Assembly (NCBI GenBank): GCA_951406725.2
Contig: OX597819.1
Span: forward strand, 34,348,001 to 34,412,000
Source of the DNA: Octopus vulgaris
Lineage: Eukaryota
DNA: 64,000 bases
Direction: 5' to 3'
Positions 1-13,381 of the stretch are shown piece after piece; position 1 is the stretch's first letter; every line of letters begins with the position of its first letter. The notes beneath the pieces were generated by a model. The model was not told the origin of the DNA and did no database searches. It saw only the letters and a list, made by a program, of their open reading frames with translations. The translations under genes were made by a program, and so were the position numbers.

Positions 1-41
1 ATCAACAAATGGTGGTTTGTTCTGAGAGTGTATTAACAACA

Positions 42-439
42 TCTTTATATATAAAAGTGAAGTTGTGTGTCTGTCTCCTACGATTTAGATTCCTAACTAC
101 TCCCACATTTTGCGGTGCAGTTTAACCAAAACCGGGTATCTTATAGTCGTGATTCATATCGAGCCCTTCTGGGTATTAACGCGCGTCTACGATGAGTCTA
201 CGATTTTTGAAAAAATTTACCATCATTTTTTTCCATTTTAATGCATTTTTTTCGCTATCATATAAGGGAAGTAACTCTCTAAAAATGTCTACGATGAGTC
301 AACGATTTAAAAAAAATTTACCATAATTTTTTTTCCATTTTTAATGAATTTTTTTGCTATTTTTTGGCTATAACTCTCTAAAAATGCTTATATAGTTATT
401 TCCCTTACAAACCTGAGCAACGCCGGGCGATACTGCTAG
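42..439 (+). mobile_element. Non-autonomous Helitron-type element, copy 1 (~400 bp)
   Basis: Starts TC (TCTTTATATATAAAAG) and ends CTAG after a GC-rich hairpin (cctgagcaacgccggg). Sits between host A41 and T440 with no TSD. Near-identical copy at 17058-17457. Internal ~100-bp tandem duplication. Confidence 0.85.
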
Positions 440-459
440 TAATTGATAAGGCTTCATAA

Positions 460-2560
460 GGGACAAGATTCAGAAAAAACTAATTAGAACGAAATCTAGT
501 TAGAAACTTAGAAGAGGTACTTAGGAAAGGCATCATGACTGACATACCAACAGTGAGACTAACTTTTGATCCATTCTTCAGTACAAAGCATAAAGGCTGC
601 ATTGTTGAAGCTAAGATGCATCCTCTTAGCATAAAGGAATAAAATCCATTTGATGCACCCATGTGACAGAGGTACAACATGGCCATGGCAATAAAGACAT
701 AGTTCTATCTTTAGTGGCCCATGATGAGTGCATGCTATTAGACCTCATGTAGATATGCATGACTTTTCGATAGCACTTTGCTCAACTTGTGACAGGCAGA
801 TCATAGGATGGACTTCAATGCCTGCCTCAACAGCTTGCATGCAACTCTCAGCAACAAAGGTAGATGTGAAAAACCAATAGCAGCTGTATGAGAGGCAAAC
901 AACCTGGATAGAGGCCTATACTATGAGCTTCATGTTTATATGCCAGACTTATTCAGCCACCTCTTGGCAGGTATCTACTGCTACTGGCAGTAGGATGGAA
1001 GAATCCCTAGTTCTGTGAATTAGGAAGCAGTAGCACTCCTGAGAAAGAACCTAACAAAGAGGACCACATTGACCATTTTTGGTTCATTACTCTACATCAT
1101 TGTCAATTTCAAGATTTTGGCCAACATGTTAGTGAAAAGTTGGTGCTTATTTTTAGTAGCTGATTGGTGATGAGCAAATATGTTCCATCCCAAGCAGATC
1201 TATCCATGACGACCTCCACCTCATATGATGCACCAAAGAGAGAGAGGGAGAGAGTGGCTAAGGAACCTGACATGGATGAGATTCTGATCAACTTCACTCA
1301 AAAGCTTTTGATAGGATCATGACAATCTTCACAGTAAAACCAGTTTTGCTCTAATCTTCAGGGACAGAATCACCACAATGTACAGCAATATCTGATCAGT
1401 AGTTACAGTGGATGGCCACTTATCAGAACCATCCAGTAACATACACTCAGTCTATCAAAATTGTTAGAGAATGCAAGTGAGAATGCAGATCTGTTTCAGC
1501 ATAAGTAGATGTCACTGTAATAGTGTCAAATGCTAAGCATACCAAGGTGATCAGCACTGTTCTTAGGGACAATGAAACGGTAACAGGAGTCAAAATCAAC
1601 CAAGAAAAGGCCTACAGTTTGGTACCTGAGGAGGTAGGCTTCTGGTTGAGTCCAGATGGCCAGGTAGAGAAAAACTGTGATGAGGTAAACAGGCAAGGTA
1701 GCCAACCATACCCAGAAATAGGACAAAATGAAGTTATCCCTGAAAGGATGGTGAACACCTCTATTACCTCCATTCTCTATTATCACCAGACCATCATGTC
1801 TTGTCCCAGTTCATTTCTAATCCACCTGGAGTTTCTACTCTTCTGCCTTTTTGAATTTTATCTGTGAAAGAGATGTGTTTCACCATTAGTCAGATACTCC
1901 ATTTTCTAAGGCGGCGAGTTGGCAGAATCATTAGCACGCTGGGCAAAATGCTTAGTGGTATTTCATCTGCCGTTACGTTCTGAGTTCAAATTCTGCCAAG
2001 GTCAACTTTGCCTTTCATCCTTTCGGTGTCGATAAATTAAGTACCAGTTATGCACTGGGATCAATCTAATCGATTTAATCCCTTTGTCTGTCTTTGTTTG
2101 TCCCCTCTATGTTTAGCCCCTTGTGGGCAATAAAGAAATAAGATACTCCTTTTTCTATCAACATATGTTGTGCGGACTGGGTATGCCATAGCTGATGAGA
2201 TGCAGGTATGCACTGATGCAGTCACTATTTGACACATTTTTTCCACAGACTGTCTCCTTAACAAAGGTGCAGTCGTGGGTCAAGCAAAGGCTGAGACAGG
2301 ATGCTTGGCATCTGGTATGTTGTCAAGTACGCATGACACTCTACTAGTTGAGTAATGTGCTAGGTAACAAGATGGAATTTTATACAGGATTTTTGGTGGG
2401 CAAATTCTCAGGGAAACTGCGGATATCAATGAAAATAAACTGACAAGTTTGTGCTGGAGGACTTTTAGATTGATCCTATAAATAATTTCCAGAATGTTCT
2501 GGGCTGGTAGCACTGCTGGTTTGAAATAAACACTGGAGACACAAAAATTCAGTAAGCTAG
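460..2560 (-). pseudogene. Highly degraded non-LTR retrotransposon relic (RT-like remnants), split by a SINE
   Basis: GC-richer, coding-like stretch. Minus-strand fragments near 1700-1830 (LVIIENG...FTI...FLG) resemble RT subdomains 6-7 of RLE-clade LINEs. Many stops and frameshifts; boundaries uncertain. Confidence 0.35.
1909..2141 (+). mobile_element. SINE family B (~230 bp)
   Basis: GGCGGCGAG(C/T)TGGCAGAA head, GAGTTCAAATTC B-box, GCCTTTCATCCTTTCGG central block, ends AATAAAGAAATA. ~17-bp TSD agatactcc(a/t)ttttcta. Confidence 0.85.
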
Positions 2561-2865
2561 ATCAGTTTAAGATGCAAATAGCAACATATTCTATTAATCC
2601 TTATTGACTGCAAATAGTGTATGAGGGGGTGCCTCTGTGTCTTTTGCATAAAAGAAAGCATTGAGCTACAAGTAGTAAAGTTAGTTGTCACTTCCCTGTC
2701 AACGAATCCCCCATTGGCTCTGTAATTTCAAAAACATATGGAATAAGAGATTCTTTACTTGGAAAACAGGTATGGGTAAGTGACAAGATGGACATCAGGT
2801 TCTGAAGCAATCATGAGTGTAACACTCTGACAACTAGGCCATGCACCTCCAACAGCTACACATAT

Positions 2866-2896
2866 ACATACGTACAAACACACACACACACACTCA

Positions 2897-2950
<54 letters not shown>

Positions 2951-2965
2951 TACATACATACATAT
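2866..2965. repeat. (CA)n/(CATA)n microsatellite
   Basis: Direct reading. Confidence 0.95.
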
Positions 2966-3182
2966 AACAGGCTTACACACATTTTCTGTTCACATTCTTC
3001 TTGAAACACATTGGTTGACCCAATGCTATGAGAATGTCACCCGGTACAATAAAAGTGAGAAGCCCGTTATTGTGGAGTATGCAATCACTTGGCCATGCCA
3101 GGATCTTGATATGAAAATGTCAATTCATCAAATGGCAATCCAGCAGCATATTAATTCAGCCATCTATAGTTTTCATTCTGAG

Positions 3183-3506
3183 ACCCCCTTTGGTCACGAC
3201 GCAGACCATGGGATTGCACCTAGAAAGTTACCCTCCTAGGTACAAGTCCGGGCTAGGTTGTTTATGGAAGACCAGCAGTCGCCCATGCATGCTGGTCTTC
3301 CCTCTCCATGCCACCAGTGATATCCAAGGGAAAAGCAATGGCCGATACAGCTCGGAACCTGTGACGTCACAACTCATTTCTACAGCTGAGTGAACTGGAG
3401 CAACATGAAATAAAGTGTCTTGCTCAAGAACACAATACGCAACCCGGTCCGAGATTTGAGCTCACAACCTCACGGTCATAAGCTCGATGCTCTAACCACT
3501 GAGCCA
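3183..3506 (-). mobile_element. SINE, head D + tail T4
   Basis: Minus-strand tRNA-like head TGGCTCAGTGGTTAGAGC; homologous to 33929-34256 and 44614-44946. Confidence 0.8.
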
Positions 3507-4399
3507 TACATTGATATTAGTTTTCATACATTGATATTATTAACAATAGATTGTGTAAGCAGATTTCACTGGCACTATATGCAGGGATACAGAGAAAGAT
3601 AGCAACTATTTTGTAAATAGGTTAATTAACTTGGTGTGGATCAATAGGGCAGACACATCGTGGAAATCAATACAGATTAATAATAAACTTTTAATGGAAA
3701 TCTAGACTTTATGTCAACAACACCAACAACAACAAAAGAAGTTGCCCAAACTGAGGACCAGCTTTGATGTGTGCGTGTGCATATATGGAGATGGATATGA
3801 GGGAATCACTGGATGTTCCTGATTGCAGTTGGAAGCAGATTAAATATTACATTAACTGTTGCTATTTCTGCAGATATAGTGGTTACGACAGTGACAGAAG
3901 TGGTGGTGGCTGCAGATATGCATGTACAGTATGACAGAAGACGTAGTCTTCATGTTTGATGCAATATCATAAATTGCTTGTCGCCATTATAAAGATTTGC
4001 TAAAGATTAGTGGTACCATGAAGTTACAGCCATTCCACACTAACAATATTGGCAGAAAGTGAAATGGAAGGTTTTGATTGGCAGACATCATTATTTCTTT
4101 GCTGCCACCATCAACAAATCAGCGACGAAGAATTTCAATTAATTTTATGGCTAAGAATTGTAGTCACAATGATTACCAATAATATAGCTAATTAACAATT
4201 AACAATTATTAATTACTTAATGCTAGATATGAAAATCGAAAACTGTAATTTTGTGTAAATGATATTGATAAAGTTTGAAAAAACAACAATTGCAAAAAGT
4301 TTTAAAGTATACATTTGCAGTATTTGCTGAAAATGTTATTATACATAAACTACACATCTATACATTGCTTATTAGTAAATGTGTGTGTATATGAATATA

Positions 4400-4450
<51 letters not shown>

Positions 4451-4989
4451 GGAACATTTTCAAATGTCTCTTGACCTAAGTCTTTCACATCTTACCTATT
4501 TCACCAGAAGATTCCACAGCATATTCAAACAAAGATATATGTTACCTGATGAAATGATGGAGAATTTGACATGCTTTAGAGACGCCGATGTTGAAATAAA
4601 CTCTAAAGAGTTTAAACTGACTCCTGATGTCAATAACCACAGAATAATAGAATGTTTTTAAATCCCTACTTTTCACTACACTTGAGATATACTCTGATTT
4701 GAATGACAGCAGTATATTGTAGAATGTGTTAGAATATATCATTACTTGAAAACTTAGAATTATAGCATCATATTGTGATATGTTCATGTTATTATAATTC
4801 AATGCAGAATATTCTGTAGAAGAACAAATATAGCTGCCATCATCAGAGCCAACTGATATACAAAACAGGCAGAGGGGTGTGGCGGTTGGCGAAGCAATCT
4901 ATCTGCGTTTCTTGACTTCTTCACATCCTGTATTATCATCATCACCATTGTTATGTCCATTTTCTATATTGGCATGTGTTGGATAGATC

Positions 4990-5780
4990 ATCACAATCCA
5001 AGTCACTTCTTATTAAGATTTTCCACTATGAGTCTCAGAACCATTTCTTGGTCATATGTTCTAATCTAGTCATAGTTTCCATGGTTTGATGCTCTTCCGA
5101 ACACCATTCACTTTACAAAGTATACAAAGTGCATTTTTATCATTGACCAGCTCTAGAAAGGTCATCATATCTTCAATAAAACTAAGAGGTTGTCTCGACC
5201 TTATGCTGTTTCCACTCACAAGCAACTTCTTTAGAGTACATTGGGTGAATTTATCATAAACCACCATAAGCTATATATAGAAGCGCATAGTGTAATACTC
5301 TACAAGTTACTGGTTATGCCTCAAGCTGTCATCCACAAGCATCATCTCAGGTGGTCAAGACATGTTGTCCAAATAGCATCCCCAAGACTCTTGTAGATCA
5401 TCCTCTGCAGTGAGCTCATCTATGGCAAACAACATCAAGGAGCCCCAAAATGCAGGTTCAAAGGCCAACTGAAGTCTTCTCTCTTTCAAGCTAGAATTAA
5501 CCCCAACACCTGAGAAACAGAAGCTGCTGAACATCCATCCTGGAGAAGAGCAATTCATTTCATTTTGTTCCACTTTCAAGGAAAGGAGAAAGACTGAAGA
5601 AGAACTAAAAAGAAGGCAACACAAGGCACAGCAACTCCAACCAAGATCACCACCTGCCCTGCCATGCAATTAATGCCTAAGGCTGTTCTATTCCTGACTT
5701 GGCCTTCTGAGCCATGTCAGGTTTAAGAATCTTGGAGGCACCAGATGAATCAAACTTGGACACAGGTGGTGCCGATGATG
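4990..5780 (+). pseudogene. RTE-clade LINE 3' relic
   Basis: Plus frames read WSRHVVQI..PRLL*IILCSELIYGKQHQGAPKCRFKGQLKSSL...SWRRAI...CN*CLRLFYS*LGLLSH, the RTE C-terminal pattern, with stops. Confidence 0.75.
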
Positions 5781-6416
5781 ATTACTAGAATGATGGACCG
5801 TTCAACTTACTTCTGAACAGACTTAGATCAAGGTGGAACTATGTAACTTTTGTTTGAAGAATCAGTACAAAGCAATAATGAATGCAATATATGTACCAGT
5901 TTTTACTCCTGAATGTAAATATTTCTATTTTCATTTTGGGAATGCATGAATGACACAGATTCTATTTTCCATCAGAATCACTAAGTGTAAGTGTAACATT
6001 AATCAGCCAAGCACACTTCTCACTAACAACATCTTGGTTTTATATATAATTCTCTGCTACCTCTATTCTTCCAATCCTTCCAGGCTTGTCTCTGCACTTT
6101 TATGACTCCATCTACTTCCCTATTCCATCAATACATCACATTCAATCTAGCTGGAACTTTACAGCAGCCACAGATTTTGTCTGTATCACTCAGTAAGTTA
6201 CCTTGTAAGTAAGAACTTCCAGTTTTCTGCTGAGTGTAAAGGTAACAGCTATGGTCAATTGATTGATGTAGCTGTAGGGGTGAATGTTATACTCAACTGG
6301 CTTGCTTCAGGTGAGAGTCTACATAGCATGTAAGCCTCCTATTCCACCTTTAAAATATGTGTTCTTAACTGCTACACACATTGTGAATTTGAGTAGAGAA
6401 GATTTGTTGAGAACAA

Positions 6417-6419
<3 letters not shown>

Positions 6420-6472
<53 letters not shown>
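6420..6472. repeat. (TG)n microsatellite
   Basis: Direct reading. Confidence 0.95.
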
Positions 6473-6476
<4 letters not shown>

Positions 6477-7089
6477 AAAAAAAGAGAATGGGACCAAAAG
6501 GGAGAGAGAAAAAAGAGAAAGAGAAGAAAAAATGGAGAGAGAGAAGATTTAGGCATGCCATATTTAAAAGTCAAACTTACAGCATTATTTGAAATCAATA
6601 ACATGTAGGAGACATTAGTGTACAAATTTATAAGCCCGGGATGACATGGCTAGTTTTTAGATATTTCCTGGTGTCAAAAGTAACGAATATCATTGTCGGC
6701 TTTAGGCCTTGTCAGTCTATCCAACTTCCTGTAAAATACACCTGTATTAATGACACTCTTGTATTTATAGGATGTAGCTATTGTCAGTGGAGGTATAACA
6801 ACTGATTGGATAAGGTATCACTATTTCTCATCTTACACAAGTATAGTAATTGTTGATGTTGTTGTTTAGTGTCTAGTTAATCTTTGTTTAGTAGACATTC
6901 CAGCCATAACCATCTTGTTCATCGTGGATTAGACCTTCCAATAAAACCTTTATTTGAAAAGATAGTGTCAATTGAGTGGTATCTGGCTGCTATTTCTAGT
7001 AAGTTGAGTGATTGGTCACAGGTTTCCTCATTGTCTCGAGGTAAACTGTTATGGCTAAAAACAAGGAACTGAACTTGATTCAGTTGTGA

Positions 7090-8200
7090 TTAGAGAATTA
7101 ATAACATTATAACTCTGAGAACAACCTCTTCAGACATACTTAGAGATATATTTTAGGATCTATCATTTAGTCAAAGGACAAAGAACCTCCTGCATGACTA
7201 TTTTCAGTGCTGCCATAGCTGGTAGGATAAAGAGTGGATGTCACCCACAGAACTGAGATGTTGCTTGATTGCCTACAACAAAATATATGGCTTTTTACAT
7301 CTTGACTGTCTAAGCAGCAGAGAATGCTTTAACTCTTTCATTGCTGTATTTATTTTGAGATGTTCCGTATTTCTTTCAATTACTTTAAATATAACAAAAA
7401 ATTTAGTAAAATAACTTAGTTATCATTCAGCTAATGTTTGGGAACACAAATTATGACTAAGGTTTGATGGAAGATTTTAATTCAAAACTTACAAAAACAA
7501 GACATTTGTATTCAGAGCCAGAGTCGGTTTCAGCCGGGCTGGTAACGAAAGGGTTAATTAGGCACTCATAGTCTTCTTCCTGCAGCTTCTCTCATGGCTG
7601 ATCCTTCCTAAGTTTGATGAGCAGGCTCTGCTGCAAAATCTGCAAGCAAGGAAGGTGCTGCAGGGCTGTGGTGTGTTGTCTTTGTTTCTTTGGCATTTTG
7701 CTTCAAAAGCCAGGATGTTTTCTTCCCTGAGCTGTTTGACTCCCTTATTTACCTAGGTTTTCCATGCTGTTGTTTTCAATTAACTTTTCCCAAGTTTTTA
7801 CATTGATGTGACACTTGGTCAGGCTGTGTACAAAATGTACTCCACTAAAAGTTGTGGTGTTCATCTGGCTAACATAGTATATTATAATGAAATGCAAGTT
7901 TCAACGAGAAAATCATATCAGCTTCATAAGATTTGCAGTCTTTAATGGTGAAAAGGAAATTAAAGAAATTTTGATGTTGCTAACCACAAGAATTTCAAAA
8001 ATCTTACACAAACCACAAAATGCCATGTGAACTGTATTCATAATAGCAGTTGAAGAACAAATATTTCCCAAAGAAAATGATTCAAGTCTTTGACAAGTAA
8101 CTCTACATATTAATTGTTTTACAGTTAAATGAACTGAAGTAGCAATGTAGAGTAAAATACTCTGAAACACAATGAAACACTAAATATTACCTCATGACCT
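7090..8200 (-). pseudogene. RTE-clade LINE relic, interrupted by a MITE
   Basis: Minus strand 7560-7830 reads TWEKLI...VNKGVKQL...ACRFCSRACSSNLGRISHERSC (RTE-type C-terminus); further decayed RT-like sequence to ~8170. Confidence 0.6.
7333..7553. mobile_element. piggyBac-type MITE, copy 1
   Basis: TTAA on both sides (7329-32, 7554-57); termini C(T)CTTTC...GAAAGGG; homologous to 13523-13741. Confidence 0.8.
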
Positions 8201-8426
8201 CATGGTCATACAATGCAATGCCTTCACTGATTGGACATTTCACATTTACAAAAGGTTTGGGATTGGTTAAGGTATTCTGTTTGTAGATAATATTGAAATC
8301 AGACTTGTTGACCACAGTAGACCGGAAATTAGTAGAACCAAATGTCTTATTAAGTTGAGGTTATTATAAGAGTTTCAGTCACAGAACAAATTCTAACACA
8401 CTAAGAAAATGGTAATGCATTAGTTT

Positions 8427-8657
8427 GGAGGCGAGCTGGCAGAAACGTTAGCACGCCGGGCGAAATGCTTAGCGGTATTTCGTCTGCCGTTATGTTGTGA
8501 GTTCAAATTCCGCCGAGGTCGACTTTGCCTTTCATCCTTTCGGGGTCGATAAATTAAGTACCAGTTACGCACTGGGGTCGATGTAATCGACTTAATACCT
8601 ATGTCTGTCCTTGTTTGTCCTCTCTGTGTTTAGCCCCTTGTGGGTAATAAAGAAATA
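8427..8657 (+). mobile_element. SINE family B
   Basis: Full length; perfect 13-bp TSD GGTAATGCATTAG (8411-8423, 8658-8670). Confidence 0.9.
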
Positions 8658-8759
8658 GGTAATGCATTAGGTTTGTTGTTTGTTTTGTTTTTTATCTTTT
8701 GGAGTTATTGTTTTTGGTCTATTGCAGAGCTGTAAATACTCTATGAATTTGTAATTATA

Positions 8760-9243
8760 GATGCCAATGGCACATAAAATGCACTTGTGCTGGTCCCATG
8801 TAAAATATTATTGTGCCAGGGACACATAAAATGCAATTGGGCTGGTGGCATGTAAAATGCATTTAGGCTGGTGCTACATAAAATACACTTGTGCCAGTTA
8901 CACATACGATGCACTTGTGCTGGTGCTATGTGTAAAGTACTTGTGCCAGTAGCATATTAAAAGCACCCAGTACACTTTGTGAAGTGGTTGGCAGGAGGAA
9001 GGACATCCAGCTGATGAAACAGCAACAGCTGATGAAACCATGCCAAGACAGACAAGTGGAGCCTGAGCAGCTCTCAGGTTGTCAAATGTCCAATCCATGC
9101 CACCATGCCACCATGGAAAATGGACATTAAATGAAGATGACAATGATGACGTCGACAACAATGATGATGATGATGATGACAACGACAATGATGATGATGA
9201 CGACGACGAGGGGGGGGAGGACGAGGACGAGGACGAGGAGGAT
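8760..9243 (+). mobile_element. Retroposon family E with internal 26-bp tandem array and (GAT)n tail
   Basis: ~8 units like TGGTGGCATGTAAAATGCACTTGTGC (8764-8970), then GGAAGGACATCCAGC...GGAAAATGGACATTAAA and a (TGA)n tail; related to 54403-54850. Confidence 0.7.
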
Positions 9244-9532
9244 TAAAGTTGTTATGGCATGGTTGTAAATGGTTATGTAATTATAGCAGGAGATTGAGTT
9301 AGGTAGTAAATAATAATTATATCAAGTATTGTAACTCTAAATGGGTTTATGTAATTGGAACATGTGATTGCATTGTACTAGTACATGGTTATGAAAGAAT
9401 AAAGAGATCTTAGGATAAACCTAAAATGAAATGGCAAATCAACTAGCAAAGAATATCAAAGAAAATAACTAAGGAAGATCACATTTTGGAGAAGAAAAAA
9501 ATAGCAATTTTGTAGATATAAATATATATATG

Positions 9533-9571
<39 letters not shown>

Positions 9572-9964
9572 CAAAGCAAAATATGAAAAATAGAAATATA
9601 TACATAATTGTATAGGGTGTGCATAAACATGTAAAAGTGTGTGCATGTATGTATGTGTGCGTGTGTGTGTGTGTGTGTATGTTTTGTGTATGCATGTGTT
9701 TGATGATAAAAGTATGCATTTCCAATACTTCAATATTTCATCTAAAAGGAAGAATCTAAGAGAAAAAAACGGTGTATTTTCTATTGTTAACGATGTTAGA
9801 GATAAAACAACTTATTGATGCCTTCCTCAAAAGCTTGTTTCAGTGTTCCCAAACCAAAAGTACATGTTGATATTTAGGTTTTAGGTTTTACTATTCTTTA
9901 AAGATTTCCATCTTCGCTTTGGTTTTTCTTTCTTGTTCTTTCATTTTTCATTTCATGTCATAAC

Positions 9965-10770
9965 TGTAATTGCTCATCTGGTGACACTAATTCACAACTA
10001 CTCCTCCAGTGAAACTAATTTACAGTTTGCTTATCTGGTGACACTGGTTCACAACCACTCATCCAGTAACACTGATTCACAACTGCTCATCTGGTGACAC
10101 TAATTTACAGTTGCTCATCTAGTGGGATAAATTCACAACTGTTTATCTGGTGAAGCTGGTTCACAACTGTTCATCTGGTGACACTTATTTACAATAGATC
10201 TTCTGGTGACACTAATACACAACTGCTCATCTGGTGACACTATTACACAACTGCTCATGTAGTGACATTAATTTACAGTTGTTCATCTGGTGACACTGAT
10301 TCACAACCACACATCCAGTAACACTGATTTGCAAAGCTCATTTGGTGACATTGATTCACAACTGCTCATCTGGTGGCACTAATTTACAGTTACTCATCTA
10401 GTGGGATGAATTCACAACTGTTCATCTGGTGAAGCTGATTCACAACTGTTCATCTGGTGAAGCTGATTCACAACTGTTCAGCTGGTGAAGCTGATTCACA
10501 ACTGTTTATCTGGTGACACTTATTCACAATAGATATTCTGGTGACACTAATACACAACTGCTCATCTGGTGACACTAATTCACAACTGGTCATCTAGTAC
10601 CACTATTACACAACTGCTCATGTAGTGACATTAATTTACAACTGCTTATCTGGTGACTCTAATTCATAACCGCAAATCTAATGCTCTGATTCACAACTGC
10701 TTGTATTGTGTTGTGGCATAACTGGCAAGACTTTGCAATTGCTTATCTGGTGGAAGTAATTCACAACTGG
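9965..10770. repeat. 28-bp minisatellite, ~28 units
   Basis: Consensus CACAACTGYTCATCTGGTGACACTRATT; units adjacent with no spacers. Confidence 0.92.
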
Positions 10771-11533
10771 TTTACCCTTTCTTTTTACCTTTTCTTTAGT
10801 TACTAATAGTTGGTCCCACAAATAGATATTACTTTTAAAAGAAACGATCAAGATAATTCTAAGAAATACAAATCTGACTGTACAGCTAAAGGAACATTTC
10901 TGAGGTATTAACAGATAACAAAACACAAAGAAAAAGATATTAAGCTGGTGAGGGTTGTATGAACAAGTGGGGTGGGTATTTTTTCTTTTACTTATTTATA
11001 GATTCTTCGTTTTTGTCCTGTGATCAAGATTGATAGAAATTGAGGCAATCAATAGAAGGGGAATTGATTCTTACCAATGTGGTAGTAATAGTAAAAATAA
11101 TAAAAAAACGTACGTGCAAAGAATTGATTCTTATTATAAAGTTAGTATCAACTATAGAGAACATATCATAAGGTTGGTAAATCAGATCAATGGTAACATC
11201 TTGGTTTCACATTTTGACACAAGACCAGCAATTTTGGAGAAGTGGGTAAGTCAATTATATCGACCCCAGTGCTCAACTGGTACTTATTTTATTGATCCCA
11301 CAAGGATGGAAAGCAAAGTCAACCTCAGCGAAATTTGAACTTAGAGAGTAAACACAGATGAAATGCCACTAAGAATTTTGTGCAGTATACTTATAGTCGA
11401 TGATAATAAATTGATTTCAGAGTTTGTCACAAGGCCAGCAATTTGACCATGTGGTTCAGAAGCTTGCTTGTGGACCCTGTGGTCTTAGGTTCAGATACAC
11501 AGTACAGCGCCTTCGGCAGGAGTTTTCTACAAT

Positions 11534-11697
11534 AGGCATAGGAGTGGCTGTGTGGTAAGTAGCTTGCTTACCAACCACATAGTTCCAGGTTCAATCCCAC
11601 TGCATGGCACCTTGGGCAAGTGTCTTCTACTATAGCCTTGGGCCGACCAAAACCTTGTGAGTGGATTTGGTAGATGGAAACTGAAAGAAGTCCGTCG

Positions 11698-11742
<45 letters not shown>

Positions 11743-11964
11743 GTGTGTGTATGTATACGTTTGTGTGTCTGTGTTTGTCCCCCCAACATTGCTTGACAAC
11801 CGATGCTGGTGTGTTTACATCCCCGTAATTTAGCAGTTCGGCAAAAGAGACCGATAGAATAAGGACTAGGTTCACAAAGAATAAGTCCTGGGGTTGATTT
11901 GCTCGACTAAAGGTGGTGCTCCAGCATGGCCACAGTCAAATGACTGAAACAAGTAAAAGAGTAA
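11534..11964 (+). mobile_element. SINE family A (tRNA head, CORE-like block, internal microsatellite)
   Basis: GGAGTGGCTGTGTGGTAAG...GGTTCAATCCC head; GGCACCTTGGGCAAGTGTCTT CORE-like block; (TA/TG)n centre; GACTGAAACAAGTAAAAGAG tail. More than 15 copies in the window. Confidence 0.9.
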
Positions 11965-12927
11965 TAGACATGGTCTGACCAAACTCTTGTGAATGGATTT
12001 GGTAGACAGAAACTGAAAGAAGCTTGTCATATGTGTGTGTATATGTGTGTGTAACATCACATGACAGTTGTAAACAAGCATCACTGTCATACAAGCAATG
12101 TTGTTCATTTCCAGTCTTCTGTGGAAACAATGTCTCGCCATGAAGAAATATTGCTTTGCCTGGAAACAGGTAAAGGTTGGCAACTGCAGGAACACCCAGC
12201 CCTAGAAAATCCATTTGACCCACGGAAAAAATGACAATGATGATGATAGTACAATATAACAATAACTGTTTATAATAAAACTTGATTTAAATTTCCTAAA
12301 ACTGTAATAGCATAAGAAAAAGACAACAAAAAAGACATCACAAAGGGTCTTTAAAGGATTTTTTTTTCAAGGGGAATATAAGATCATTCTTTTCACATGA
12401 TGCTTTTATGGGATAAAAAAAAAGACTGAAGTATTCTACAGTTAATAATTTATGACTATTCAGTTGAAATGTGATTTATCCTGTTTAGAAACAAAATGTT
12501 TGAAAATCCCAAAATATATGGTTTCCATGATGGAAAACATTAATTTTTGTTTTTCTCATTATGTGCCATTTTTTATGGAACATATTGTGTCAAGCCTCTG
12601 TCTGGTTTCTTTCAAAAGATTAAGTGAAAGGAAATTTTCAATACAGAGAAGTCACATGGGAGACAATTCCCAACATGCAATACCTAAGATTAGGTTAATT
12701 TTGAGATAATTAGCTCTTTATGACTTTTTATTCACTATGATGTTGGACATGCACAATATTTTTTTTTTTTTCCATGGACATAAAAGCATATGGTGCCAAT
12801 AAACTCAATTTAGTTGTTTGAAAACAATCACAACTTCTGAAAACTATTTTTGGATTATGTAGAAGACATTTCTCATTTCTATTTACCATATTTCTGTTGA
12901 GATACTTTCTGCTGCTTTGAATTAATT

Positions 12928-13076
12928 TTACCGTCACTTAGCAGTTCGGCAAAAAGAGACCGATAGAATAAGTACTGGGCTTACAAAAAGAATAAGTCCC
13001 GGGGTCGAGTTACTTGACTAGAGGTGGTGCTCCAGCATGGCCGCAGTCAAGTGACTGAAACAAGTAAAAGAGAGTA
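12928..13076 (+). mobile_element. SINE family A, 5'-truncated
   Basis: 3' portion only. Confidence 0.8.
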
Positions 13077-13381
13077 TTGTGCTCCAAAAAAAAAAAAAAC
13101 AAACAAAAAAGAAGGCCCAAAAATGTCTTTTTATATTTCTCTGGTTCCACATAATTTCAAAAATAAAATTTTACTTATTTTCTTTAAGGAATTCAAAATG
13201 TACAATATATAAATTAGTCAAATTTCAGTAATTCAAATTTCAATTTGGCCATTGGTGATCAAATATGATATTATTTAAGCTGGGGCCAGCTTTGAATCAA
13301 GCAAACTTATAGCACTACATGTTAACTGGTGCTGTTGTTTTTGTTGCTTAGCAATATGTCATCCCTAATTAGACATTATAT

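Noticed and set aside
9965-10770. CRISPR-like regular ~28-bp repeats
   Set aside because: Units are adjacent and degenerate with no unique spacers, there are no cas genes, and the context is eukaryotic
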